64,000 bases of DNA. It comes from Paragordius varius (taxonomy: Eukaryota > Animalia > Nematomorpha). The stretch is taken from the NCBI GenBank assembly GCA_964247055.1, contig OZ176059.1, positions 1,488,001-1,552,000 of the forward strand. Direction: 5' to 3'. The notes beneath the pieces are model-generated. The model was not told where the DNA came from. It ran no database searches and saw only the letters and a list, made by a program, of their open reading frames with translations. A program made the position numbers and the translations under genes. Each line of letters opens with the position of its first letter. The stretch's first letter is position 1. Positions 12,190 to 25,058 of this stretch are shown here, in pieces.

Positions 12190-13615
12190 CGGGAATAGCG
12201 ATCCAAAAAGTGTTTGGCCTCGGGTGGCTAAAAAATAGAGAGGCGGGAGTTAAGGTGTGCGGAATAAAAGATGGTAGAAATCAGGTTTATAGAGAGGCAT
12301 GGCTGAAAGACGAAAGAATAATCCCGAAATCTCGAGAGAAAAGTAAAGCTTTTAAAATGTCGATTTACCTATCATACAGAAGACAAGGAAAAAAAATATA
12401 TAAGCATTAATAAGGAACTTGGAAGGCTTGTGAGATTAGTTAAAAAAGAAAAGACGCCATCATTTTATGAGGAGTTAAACAGTAAGCATGGTTTGAACAA
12501 AGTTTTTAAAATTTCTCAACAAAGATACAGAAGAAAGGTGGACTTGCCCCCTTACGCGACCCCTATTAAAGACAAAAACGGCAAATTACTCGTTGAGGCA
12601 GCGAAAATTTTGAAGAGATGGAAAGAATATTTTCAGGACCTTGAATTGGGCTTCAGTGAAACGAATTTACCCGAAACACCAGATTATATATCGCATATTG
12701 AAAGTATAACAAAGGAAGAAGTCCAGGCTGGTTTAGAAGAGATGTCTATAAAAAAGGCTGCAGGCCCAAACGATATTAACATAAACTGTTGGAAAATAAT
12801 GTCAGAGAAAGGTATTGAATTTTCGTCGGATATTAATGATGTAGTTACTACAGGTATGATACAAACCGAATGGAAGTAGGGTTTCACTGTTTCCATTATG
12901 TATAGGATATATTTATGATTGTAATAATTACAGAGGGATAAGATTGATGTCGCATACAATGCAATTTGAGAAAATACTAGAGAAACTAATGAGAAAAATG
13001 GTTAGCATAGAGGGTAATTAATTTGGTTTTATTCTATGAAAGTCTACCATCGATCCGATTCACGAAGTAAGAAGGCTAATTGAAAAGCGTATGGAAATGA
13101 AATAGAAGCTGCATGGTATTTTAATCGATATTGAAAAGGCGTACAGAATACCACGGAGTACAATATGGTGGAGTTTAAGACGGAAAATTTTGAAAGTTAT
13201 ATTAATAAAAAGCATGTACAGCTCTCGCCATACTAGGATTGTCAGATCCTATTGAAATAAACCAAGGCGTCTATCAGGGGTCAGCTACAGTCCGTTGCTA
13301 TTTATAATATGCATGAACAAAATTTCAAAAGATGTGGGGTAATATAGTGGCTGATATTTTCTTTATGCAGACGACATAATAGTGCTATCAGACGAGTTGA
13401 ATTGAAAGAAATAATTAGCAAATGGATTGATGTGTTACGACGGTGCGGTTTAAAAGGTAATAAAAAGAAAACGGAGCTTATAAATTTTGATGGGAAAAAA
13501 CGAAAAACGGAGGGAAGTATATCTACTTGAGACACTTTCAACCGTTTTCAAGGATAGTAAATAAAATGTTGGGTATTAAAAGGTCAGTCGGAATGCAAAT
13601 ATTTAGGAGTTATTT
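12190..13615 (+). mobile_element. Degenerate RTE-type LINE fragment
   Basis: ORF 12430-12879 (IKDKNGKLL...LKRWKEYF...ITKEEV...KKAAGPND), then broken RT with YADD (~13365) and KYLGV (~13600). Absent from unit B. Confidence 0.75.
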
Positions 13616-14707
13616 TAGCAACATTTAATTTTATATTGGTCTGGGTTATAGAGATACCCCAACTTGAATCGAAGTGTTAAAAACATTGAAAAAAAGTTGA
13701 TCTTGCAATCAATAGATATCAACTTCTTGCTGGTAAAATATAATTTGAACCTTGCAGAAGTTATTTATTTACCTTTCCAACCGTAATATTATTTAACTTG
13801 TCTGTAATATTAGCGATTTAACACATTTGATACAAGTTAAGATATCTAACCTCAGACAATATTTAAGTTTGTATTTTAAAAACTACTGAATGGTACCAAT
13901 TTCAATATATGCTTTTAATAAAAATTATATAAATAAGCCTAAAAACTAAATAAAATTTAGTTTTGAAAAGAAAGTTCCATACAAACTATTTCGGCGCCAT
14001 TTTGATTTTACAACATTTTTAAATATCGTGCTTATTTAATTTTAAGGTCAAAATAAAGCTATTTTTTATTTTAATCGCATCTAATATTGATATAAACATA
14101 AAATATAGCTTATTTTTTACTTTTGAATTTAGCTAAGCACACATGTCATGTTGACTAAATTACCTTTGGGTATTTCCTTAAAATAATAAAAACAAGAATT
14201 ATTAATTATATATTTTTTTATTTCGATTAATGTTACTATGTGTATAATTTTACCATGGTTTAAATTCCTTTCATATTCTTTGGAGTATTTAATTTTAAAC
14301 AGTGGGATATCCAACTAACTAAATTTGAATCGAAGGACAGAAATGAATGTATTTTATTCAAGTGTTAAAATAATTGATAGAAAAAAATGGCGGCGAAAAA
14401 AGTATGAGAATTTTTTTACGTATCATTTTATAACGCTGAACGATAAAATATAAAGAAAGCGTATTTTTAAATTAGGAAATTTAAGATAATTTAAATCTGT
14501 CTGGGATATAAACTACCAAATGGACACGAATATTAACCATAATAAAAATAAGTAAATTACCATATTTTTGAATTAATACCAATGCTAATTTTTATATATA
14601 CTTTTCAACAGGCTCTGGGGTATAAAATTACCCTAAACATAAAATGTTAAGTAGATGCAAAAATGCTGGCATTTTATGATAAGTATATTCAACATATACT
14701 ATATACA

Positions 14708-17700
14708 TAAGGTGACCAGATTTTTTGTAGGAAAAAGCGGGAAATATCTGAGAAGGGGGGGGTGTCATTGGGGGGTACAACCAAAAATTTTTATACAAAA
14801 AATTTATTATTTATTTATTTTTAACACAAATATTATAAATATAAAAAATTTGTACCTCACAGGCTGTTTGTACCTTATTCAATAAATTAACATGTGCACG
14901 AACAAAGGGTGAAGTGATTGTAATATTCTAGAAAAAAATAATAAAGACGAAATCATCACAAAGTGCGCTGGGTGATGCAAGAAGCGGCACAAAAAATATT
15001 ATTAACAATTTAGCGAATAATCTTAATCAAAACATTATTGGTAAACAGCGCTATTCAAACAGCTACTGATTAGTTACCCCTGGATGTGAAAAATATAGAT
15101 GTTAAAATGCTTGGATATTGTAGAACTGTTGGTTAGCTCTTTTGCCAGCCATTGAAATATTTATAAAAATGTGATCTCCTAGAATCCTATTTTTTATCAC
15201 AGGACAAAAGTCAAAATTCCAAGTCAAAAAAGGTTAGAAAATAATTTTATACCATTACCTAATCGCAATATTATAAAGCATCCAGAAAAACAAGGCTCAA
15301 TGTATAGCCAGAATATAAAAATGATTTATACAAACAGAAACGATTATTTGGAAGACAAGACGTTGTAATGACACTTTTTTATGATATCTCATTATTAAAT
15401 AAATATATGAATGAAAACTTATATTATGGACAACAGAAAAAAATACGTAGGATAGAAATGGTTAAAATAATCATTTTTAAACAAATTATGTTCCATAAAA
15501 TAATATAATTGTAGTATTTGCATTATCTTTCCCTAAACCACTGCTATTGAACGCGTTTTCACACAGTAAAGTAAGTAAGGACACGGAATCAAATTTAAAT
15601 GTCGAATAAAAGCCATTTTATGTGTTCAAATATAATTTGACAAATTGAAGACTTATACAATATTTAAAGTTATTTTGTTTATTTTTTAACATAAAAACTT
15701 TATAAATATAACAAAATATTTTATTTTTTGGTATATTTTTGTTTGAGTGAATGCGTTTTAGCAGATTGTCATCATTTTAAATATTGTAGAAGTCAAGAAT
15801 TTGTCAAATTATTTTTGACAGATAAAACGGCCTTTAAAGTTTCAACATTTAAATTTGATTTTTCCGATGTCCACACCTGATTTACTGTGGAAAAAACACG
15901 CTCAGTAGCAGCGTTGGTTTCAGGTAAAGATAGTGCGAATCCACGATTTTTAAAATATTATTGTATGTAATATAGGCTTCAAAATGATTAAATATTTCCA
16001 ACCATTTCTTTTCTACTGTATATTTTTCTTTTGTCCATAATTTAAGTTTTTCATTATTAACATATCTATTAATGATACTTCAGAAAAAAGATCATTTTCT
16101 GAAAGATTACTTTTTGAAAATTTTTGGGAGCATATATAATTAAATGATTTTTGAACATTGCACCAATTAAATTCTGATTTTAATGTTATCCAATGAAAAG
16201 GATCAATTTTATTGAATTGCGTCGTCCAGTCTTCCAAATAATCTTTACAGTTTGTATAAAACATTTTTATATGGTACAGGATATCTTGGCGATTTATTAA
16301 GCCTTGTTTTTCTAAATTATTTATTATATTGCGGATGGTTAATGGTATAAAATTATTTTATAACCGTTCTTGACATTGGAATTTTAGGTTTTTAACTTCA
16401 TTGGCTACTTCGATTGTCGAAATGTTGTCACCTTCTATAAATTTAATAACATTTTGAAAGGGAGAAGCTTGATTATGTAAGAATTCTAACCATATTTTTG
16501 AAGAATCATTTTCAAAAAACTTTTTTAAAGTTGCAGGACATTTGTCCTGTGATAAAAAAAAGATTTTAAAGGATCATACATATTTAAAATTCTTTCGATA
16601 GCTGGCATAAAAGCTAACCAACGAGTTTTACAATATCCAAGCATTTTTTATTGAACTTCTGCATTTTCACAGAATTCTTTAAGCGTTTCAACACGTACCG
16701 TGTATATATAAAAATAGGAATATATTTTAACAACTACATTTTCCACATCTAGGGGTAACAAATCAGCAGCTGTTTGAATAGCGTTGTGTATTATATGCGC
16801 TTCACACCCAACGCCAATAATGATTAGGATTATCTGTTAATTTATGAAAAATATTTTTTGTTCCCCTCATTGCTTTTCCACCAAAGTTGGTATGGTGTTG
16901 TCAGCGCAATATGCGATTTTGTCTTTTAAATTATTTTATTCTACAATATGCATTATTAAAGTAAATATTCTTTCGGAATTTTCACCGGGTAGAAAAATTA
17001 AATCTAAAAATTTTAATTTTTACTCCGGTTTCTGAATCAAAATATTTTATTAAAGTGGGAAATAATTTTGTTTCATGGTGATTTGATGCATCAGAGTATA
17101 GGGATAAGAAATTAATTTTCAGCAAATCTTTTATTTCAGAAAATGCTCGTGGCGAAAGGACCTTGCACACAATGGCTTAAGCCTTTGTACGGGCACATGT
17201 AAATTTTATTTGGAATAACGTGCAAATAACCTGTGAGGTACAGTCCATAGATCTAAAGGAATGATTGTGATTAACGGCGTGGAAAGATAACACGCCCTCA
17301 GCTAGTGCCAAATTCTTTTCTTCCTCTCCAAAAGCGGTTTTTTGAAAAAAATCGCTCCTTTTGTAAGATGATGCCGCCATATCTAAACATTTTTTATGTT
17401 TCTGTGTTTTCATATGCTTTGTAATATCATGCTTGTCGTCATATGCTAGGTTGAACGCATATAAGACATTTAACAGATGATTCATTCTTCGTTTTTTTGA
17501 TAAAAGGAAAATCTGTGATTAATTCATCGTTGAATTTACAACCTCTTTTTGTGCTCATATTTATAAACTACTATTAGTATAATAAATATTATATTAACTT
17601 AATTTTCTGGAATAAACGTGTAAGGTACCGATTTGTGGTATCAATTTGTCTTTTAAGCTACCGATTTGTGGTATTTATTTGGCTTTTTAATAATGTTGGG

Positions 17701-18091
17701 AAGTAATAAAACTAAAATATTAGTAAAATAAATATTATATTACCTTAATTTTCTGGAATAAACGTGTAAGGTGCCGATTTGTGGCAAATTTGTCTTATAA
17801 TCTAGAGATTTGTGGTATAACTTGGCTTTTTGATAATGATGACAGTAGTAGTAGGAAGCAAAGTGTATAAACATATTATATAAATTCGAAAAAAATAAAT
17901 ATTTTTAATTTAAAAATAAAAAATTTTAATTTATTATTGAATAGATTAAAGATATTTAATGATAAAAAATTTAAAAAAATTTTTTTTTGTATAATCGTGA
18001 AAAAGCGGGACATTTTAAACGTAGCGGGAGGCGGGACAAAGTGTGAAAAAGCGGGACTGTCCCGCCAAAAGCGGGACGTCTGGTCACCTTA
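14708..18091. mobile_element. Blackjack-type hAT DNA transposon with frameshifted transposase
   Basis: TIR TAAGGTGACCAGA / TCTGGTCACCTTA with GCGGGA subterminal motifs; perfect 8-bp TSD TATATACA (14700-14707 and 18092-18099), with a single copy at the empty site 42557-42564. Transposase on - from ~17558 to ~15720 (SDASNH; LPETNAATERVFS dimerisation motif). Confidence 0.9.
17565..17850. repeat. Two ~143-bp direct repeats upstream of the hAT transposase
   Basis: TTAATTTTCTGGAATAAACGTGTAAGGTRCCGATTTGTGG occurs at ~17600 and ~17745. Confidence 0.7.
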
Positions 18092-18961
18092 TATATACAG
18101 TAAATGCGGACAAACCGTAAATAAAGACAAATATTTTTTCTAAAAGACAACCATACTCAAACCATATAAGCAACTTTGTTATAATCGATAAATATAGAAT
18201 TGATTGTGTTGGTATTATATGTCTCTATTTAAAACTTAGCCATTTTTAAGAATAAATTGATATTAATCTAAATTTAAAATGGTTGTCTTGTAGAAAAAAA
18301 TATTTGTCTTTATGTTTTTACGTTTTGTCTGTATAATTAAAATTTTTACTGTATATTTAAAAAATTTTCTTATTTTTTGCGCACATTTAAGATGGGTATT
18401 ATTGCTGGCCAATTTTTATCACAGTATCATGTGTTATTAAACAAATTTTGTCCATAATTAATTTAAACAAAGTATTGTAAGATAGGCAAAAATTGTTTAG
18501 TTTAATTTCAACATTTTTATGCTCTTTTTTACACTACTGTGTTGCTAAACGACAACTATGCTATGAATCATCCAGTATTTAAATATGCCTACCGTATTTA
18601 AATTATTTTATATTTGATGTGTAATTTATTGAATATCTTTGTGGCCATATATATATGCTTTAAACTTAAAATTTTAGGGACAAAACGTAAAAATATAGAT
18701 TATTATTTATAAAGGACAACCCATAATGTTTTAAACACCATAATTTTGTAAATAGATTACTATTTAGTTACAGTGAAAATATAAATTTATTGTGTTACCC
18801 AATATACATCTCTATGTCATACTTTGCAATTTAAAACAACCAGCTATTTAAATAAATTAAGTTTAAAAGGGTACACTGGCCTTTTGAGCAAAAAGTGTTT
18901 GTTTTTGTATTTTTACGTTGTCTGTATAATTTAATTTTACTCATATATATATATATATATA

Positions 18962-19414
18962 TATCATTTACAATTATTCACCCTTGAACAAATAATTACC
19001 TATATTTTTATATATTTTAAAAAACTAAAATTTACTTAACAGACAATAAAATGCATACTTTTGCTTATATCACATTATAGTTGGGCAATTTGCAACACAA
19101 CAGTAGCGTATAAAAACAACCCGAAATGTTTAAATAATTTTTTACTTCCATTTTTCCATACTGTGTAATATGCAACCATTAAAATGCATACCAAATATAT
19201 AGCATTTACAATTCTTCCCCCTTGAACAATTCAAATTCACCCTCAAATAAAATATGTGTGTTTTATCAAATAATACTAAAAAAATAATAAATTATGCCAT
19301 AAAGATATATTTCATTTAATGAGTGTTAGTTCGAAAACACATATTTAGGGTATGATTGAATTGTTTGAGGGTGAATTTGATTTGTTCAAGGGTGATTTTA
19401 AACTGTAAATGGTA
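18962..19414. mobile_element. Foldback MITE, type II (21-bp GAACAATTCAAATTCACCCTY arrays)
   Basis: Inverted TTCACCC / GGGTGAA repeats ending TGTAAATGGTA; counterpart at ~45677-45958. Confidence 0.7.
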
Positions 19415-19499
19415 TACATACATATATATATATATATATATTGTGTTTGATGTAATTATTTATTGAATAACCTTTTCAAAATTCTTATATATATATATA

Positions 19500-22258
19500 T
19501 TAATAAATTCGAGCGGGATTACAATTGACTCGTTTGTCTTTGATGTAAAAATCGAAGCTACATCGTCCACAAAAATTGGGTATACAAGTAGCGAATGGAT
19601 ATCTCCTACACTTTTTTCTATGGCACGGATCTTTGGCACAGTCAACTAAAGGTTCAGAACAATTTTGACCTAATATATATACAGTAAAAATTGAAATTAT
19701 ACGGACAAAATGTAAAAATATAGACAAATATTTTTTTCTAAAAGTCAACCATACTTTTTAAAACCTTGATGTTTCTCATATAAGCTACTTGGTTACAATC
19801 GAAAAATGCATAATTAATAGTGTAACCAGTATGTATTTCTACTCTATACTTTGGAAAAACAATGAGTTTTATTTAAAAAAATAAAGGAAAAAGAATGGGG
19901 TTGTCTTTTGAAAAAAATATTTGTCTTTATATTTTTAAATTTTGTCCGCATCAATATATTATCACCAAAAATTAAAATTACAATACACAAGACAAAATGT
20001 AAAATTATTGAAAAGACAAAGATTATCTAACGAATAACCATACTTTTGCAAATAAGGAAAAGAAATATGTATAATGGTAACTAGGGTTGTGCATTTGACT
20101 GCTTTTTCAAAAAAATCCGGTCAGACCCAGTCAGACCACGGTCATGACCACTTTTTACCTAAAATACCATTCTTGGATTGCGAAAATATTGTTCAAACAA
20201 CACTTGCGTTCCCCTATTAATGTCATGTTTTTCTTAAAAGTTTGTATTTACTTTTTAATATTATTATTTACGAATATATTCAATCAAATTTAATCAACAA
20301 TTTAGTTTTCAAATAAATTTTGCCACATGTTTGTGGCCTATCTTCAAATATTTAGCTTTTAATACTGGATATTTCAAATAAAATTTTACCTAGTTTGTTT
20401 TACACTTTCTTTCATCATTGAAATATCCAATTATAAAATGTTTTATCATTTTATTGGTTCACACATATGGAATAATTGGATATTTTGCAAAGTGCTTGAT
20501 TGTTTTGTTTTTCGAAATGATTGGATAAGGTTGCAGGTTTAACAATTTTATATTGTTAAATAAATAAATTTTAATTAAATAATCTTACCATCTCTCTTCC
20601 AAAAAAAAATTACCATCATTTTTTCAGAAAACAGCTGTTATTTTAAATGACCATGGTCAAAAAATAAATAGTCACTGACCGGGCCATGACTTGGTCAGCA
20701 TAACCCTTATAGTAACACACACTCAATTATATTACAGTATGAGTGAGTATATATTGCTAAAAAGTTAATTAATTATTACCATGAAATGTCATATGCAGCA
20801 GCAAATACAATTATTATTGTTGCCAATAATATAACAGTAAAAAGTGAAAAAAATATATAAGCCAATAATATTGCCCTTTGCTGTATATGACTAAATAACT
20901 TTCTAGCAATGTATACTTACTCATACTGTATATAAAATTACAAATAGTTTATGTAGTGAAAAAAAGATTTTATTTCTAGAAAAATATATTTTCAATATTT
21001 TTCCTGTATTTTATTATATAATCGATATTAATTCTGAATGTCATTACTATAGGTTGAAATTGCACCCAGAAGACAAAACGTAAAATTATTGAAAAGACAA
21101 ATATTTTTTCAAACGACAATGATAAATACAATCTTAATTCTAATAATTATATAATTTCATTTATGGAATATACAATTGATGGTAGTTTATTTAAAAGAGT
21201 TGTATTATAAAATACAAGATTTAAAAAGTATGGTTGGTTGTTTTTTAGTTAAAAATATTTGTCTTTATATTTTTCCGTTTTGTCCGTATAATTTCAATAT
21301 GTGTAATAGCATTATTATTAGTAAAAATTAAAAATACATACAGAAGACAAAATGTTAAAATATATAAAGTCATGGCATATATTTTTTGCTCGAAAAGACT
21401 GTCGTACTTTTTTAAATTGAAATTCACCCATCGTTTCAGAATGCAAATTATGAATGAAATAGAGATGTATATTGGTAAAACAAACACAATCATTATTACA
21501 CAATTGTAATTAATTAATTATAAATCAAATTCAACCATCAAAACTATATAAAGTATGGGTTTGTTAAAAATATGTTTACAGTAAAAATTGAAATTATACT
21601 GGAGGACAAAACGAAAAAATATAAACACAAATATTTTTCAAAAGACAACCATACTTTTTAAATCTTGGTATTTTATTTAATATCTTTTTAAAGCAGGAAA
21701 TTGATATATATTGATAAAACAATCAATTTTTTATTTTACAACTCTACTAATATAATTTTTAAGAAAAAAAATTAAGGATTAACTAATGGTGTGGTATCTT
21801 TTGAAAAAAAAAATATATTTTACGTTTTGTCCGTATAATTTCAACATTTTACTGTATGAGTATGTGTAAGTATATATTGCTAGAAAGTTACAATATATAC
21901 TTAATCATTCTATATTTCAAAAATTTACATTGACTATGTGTTAATATGGTTTCTTATATTTGTTCTTTTTAACTATTTTAATGAAATACGGACTGAAACG
22001 TAAAAAATATAAGGATAAATGTTTTTATTTTTAAAAGACAATCAATCATACTTTTTTAAACCTTAATTTTTTTCCATAAGCTATAAAATTACGATGGTAA
22101 AATATTAAATCCAATTTGTAATATTAAATAAAATATATCAAAATAATAGAATTTAAAATGGTTGTCTTTTAAAAAAAATTTGTCTTTATATTTTTACGTT
22201 TTGTACGTATAATTTCCATTTTAACTATTTTCTTTATATAACCATAACAATCATACTG

Positions 22259-22300
<42 letters not shown>

Positions 22301-25058
22301 TATTTATTTACATTCACCCTTGAATTCAAATTCACCCTAAATATAAATTATAATTTCGGGCCAATGTAACTCTCATCATTAATAAGAATATTTTTATGGC
22401 ATAATTATTTTTTAAGCATTATTTTAGTTTTAAACAGAATTTATTTTAAAAATATTAAAAAATTATTGTGATTTTTAATCTTAAAAAACACGCATTATTT
22501 AATTACTAGTGAATTTGAATTGTTCAAGGGTGAATTTGAATTGGTCAGGGGTGAATTTATCTGTGCAAGGGTGATTTAAACTGTTCGAGGATGAATTCGA
22601 GTTGGTCAGGGGTGAATTTAAATTGTAAATGGTATATCTATATATTTATAAAAATCGAAAGTGGTGGCTTTGTGATCTGTTTCCGGAAAACCGGTAGACC
22701 CATTCAAATCCAAATGTCGAAAAAATATAATCATTAATGAATGCCCCGACAATAGCATCGCCCTTTTTTGAAATAGGCCCCCAGTTCGGGCCCACCCCGT
22801 GTGAAAAATGGTTTTTTTTAAAACAAAAGTCCACAAAAATCGTGTCTTTGAGACAATTTTCCACAGAACGTGTTGTACCATTTAATTTCTAATATGATTT
22901 TTGTTTACTTATTCGATTGCGCCGAACATTGTCGTCTCGCTTTTTTAATTTAGGCCCTCTTTTTACCCGCTCCTCCCGTAACCATTTTTTTCAGAAGAAC
23001 AAAGTCCACAGAAATATTTTGAATCTATACAATATATTAGTATGAATGCACCGTTTTAAGATTCCTATGAGATCATAGCTATTAAATAATGTTTCGAAAT
23101 AATCCACATATGTGGATCATTTTATTGTCCCTTTTTTCAAATAACCCCCCCTTCCCCCCCCCCGTTCCCCCCAGAAGTCCGAAAGACTTCCCCGGGCTGC
23201 GCAGCAGCACGAGATTTACGCTAGTATATATATATATATACCATCACAATCAACTTTAGTGCCTTTGATATAATAAGTGGCAGCACAAGTCCCACAAAAT
23301 GTGAAAATGCATTCAGCGTTTGGATATCGTGGGCATTTTTCTTCATCACATAAATCTCCTGGACATGGGGCAGGGAACTGATCTTTGGGGCATTCTAAAA
23401 TGTTAAAACGATAAAAAAATATTTGTTTGCATAGACAACCCCATAATTTTTAAATTTTGATGTATATAATATGAGTAAGTACAGTAAAAACTGAAATTAT
23501 ACTTTGGACAAAACGTAAAAATATAAAGACAAATATTTTTTTTCAAAAGACAACTATACTTCTTAACACATAATTTTTGTTATATAAAATAATTACAATC
23601 GTAAATTACATAATTGATTGGGCTACCAATTTACATTTCTATTTTATATTTTGCAGTTTAAAACAATCAGTTAGTTATATCAGAAAAAAATTAAGGTTTA
23701 AAACGTATGTCTTTATATTTTTACTTTTTGTACATAGTATAATTTTAGTTTTTACTATGGATGGTTGTCAGACCTGATAAGCAATTAAACAGTTTGCCCT
23801 CGACATAAAAGTCAGCTCGACAGGACCCACAAAAATTTGGAATGCAAGTTGCGTTAGGAAAATGAGGGCAAATCGCAAATGTACAAGGATCCAAGGGGCA
23901 GTTAACCCTAGGTTCATTAGCTGGACATGATATAATTCTATTATTGTAGTCATCAGCTAAAATTTTAAACATCAGTTAGAGCGATATTTTTTACAGTTAA
24001 ATTTTTAATCTATATATTATACTATTAACAGTTCAAATTCACCCTCGAACAATTTAAATTCACCCTCGAACAATTCAAATTCACCCTAAAAATAAATTAT
24101 GTGTTTTCGAACTAATATAACTCATTAATTATATGAAATATATCTTTATGCCATAATTTATTGTTTTTTCAGTATTATTTTGATTTAATACAAAATTATA
24201 ATAAAATATAGGTAATTTTATATTTAAAACATAAATTTTTTTTGAGGGTGAATTTGAATTGTAAATGGTGTATATAAAAAGTTGAATTCAATGATGTGGA
24301 AATCGTCGTAACGTGAAAATAATATATAATTTCTTGGTTCTCAAATTTTTGCCATAGGCATCATCAGGAGGTTAGTTAAGAATATGGTTTTTTAGCAAAA
24401 TATTAAATATGATTTCGGTGTTTGGCAAAAAAAATTTAACGTAAAAAAGGGGAAATTATACGGATGTAAAAATATAAAAACAAATATTATTTACCTAAAA
24501 GTTATCAAATAATATATAATATATATTTCAAAACTTGATTTATAAACTGATCAAATATTGTTTTGAAATAATAATAAAGTAAAAAATTATACGGAAATGG
24601 TCAAAATATAAAGACAGATGTTTTTTTTCTCAAAGATAACCAAACTTTATTGTTTTAAACAACAATTTATAAAATAGAGATGTATATTGGTAAACAATCA
24701 ATTTTACGATTGTTATTAAATGATTATAATAGGATAAGATAAATTAAGGTTAAAAAGTATGGTATAGATAAAAATATTTTTTGTCTTTATATTTTTACAT
24801 TTTGTCCTCATAATAACGTAAAAACTCAATATAAAATATTTTTTTTATCAAAAAGACGATTTTTACAAAAAAAATATTTGTCTTTATGTCATAATACTAT
24901 AAATTTTTTTCAAAAAAAAAACCCGGTAAAATGCGTTTAAATTTAATTTTTGTATGAAAAATTTAATTACCCGCTGTAATTTCATAACTGTGGTATGATG
25001 ATAAAATTAGAGAGCATATCCAAATTTTAAAGGCTAGGAATTTGTATATATGTCCCAT
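19500..25058 (-). CDS. Predicted secreted cysteine-rich protein with three 8-Cys modules, 197 aa (copy A)
   Basis: Exons 25058-24971 (signal-peptide-like MGHIYKFLAFKIWICSLILSSYHSYEITA), 23956-23774, 23394-23242 and 19669-19500; all introns are GT-AG and phase 1, 594 nt open. Each of exons 2-4 encodes C-x6/8-C-x4-C-x4-C-x7-C-x4-CG-x-C-x12-C. Conserved in copy B. Confidence 0.82.
20082..20708. mobile_element. hAT MITE (TAGGGTTGTGC termini)
   Basis: TSD ATGGTAAC / ATAGTAAC; empty site at 46718-46725; same family as 56533-57252. Confidence 0.85.
20733..20930. mobile_element. ~200-bp TA|CAGT-ended MITE
   Basis: TACAGTATGAGTGAGTATATATTGCTA ... TAGCAATGTATACTTACTCATACTGTA; shared with unit B (46742-46944). 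Confidence 0.7.
22301..22634. mobile_element. Foldback MITE, type II
   Basis: TTCACCC arrays on the left, five GGGTGAAT repeats on the right, ending TGTAAATGGTA. Confidence 0.7.
22637..23224 (+). mobile_element. Non-autonomous Helitron
   Basis: 5' a|TCTATATATTTATAAAA; 3' GC-rich hairpins followed by ATTTACGCTAG|t; inserted in a (TA)n run with no TSD. Confidence 0.8.
24027..24270. mobile_element. Foldback MITE, type II
   Basis: CAGTTCAAATTCACCCTCGAACAA x3 ... GGGTGAATTTGAATTGTAAATGG; counterpart at ~49790-50069. Confidence 0.7.

Noticed and set aside
15482-15977. Apparent nested MITE inside the hAT element
   Set aside because: Its arms translate as the hAT C-terminal domain; it is the centre of the inverted transposase duplication.
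22618-22881. Similar ORFs repeated at 47658-47879 and 53263-53445
   Set aside because: Internal to non-autonomous Helitron copies, with frames not conserved.
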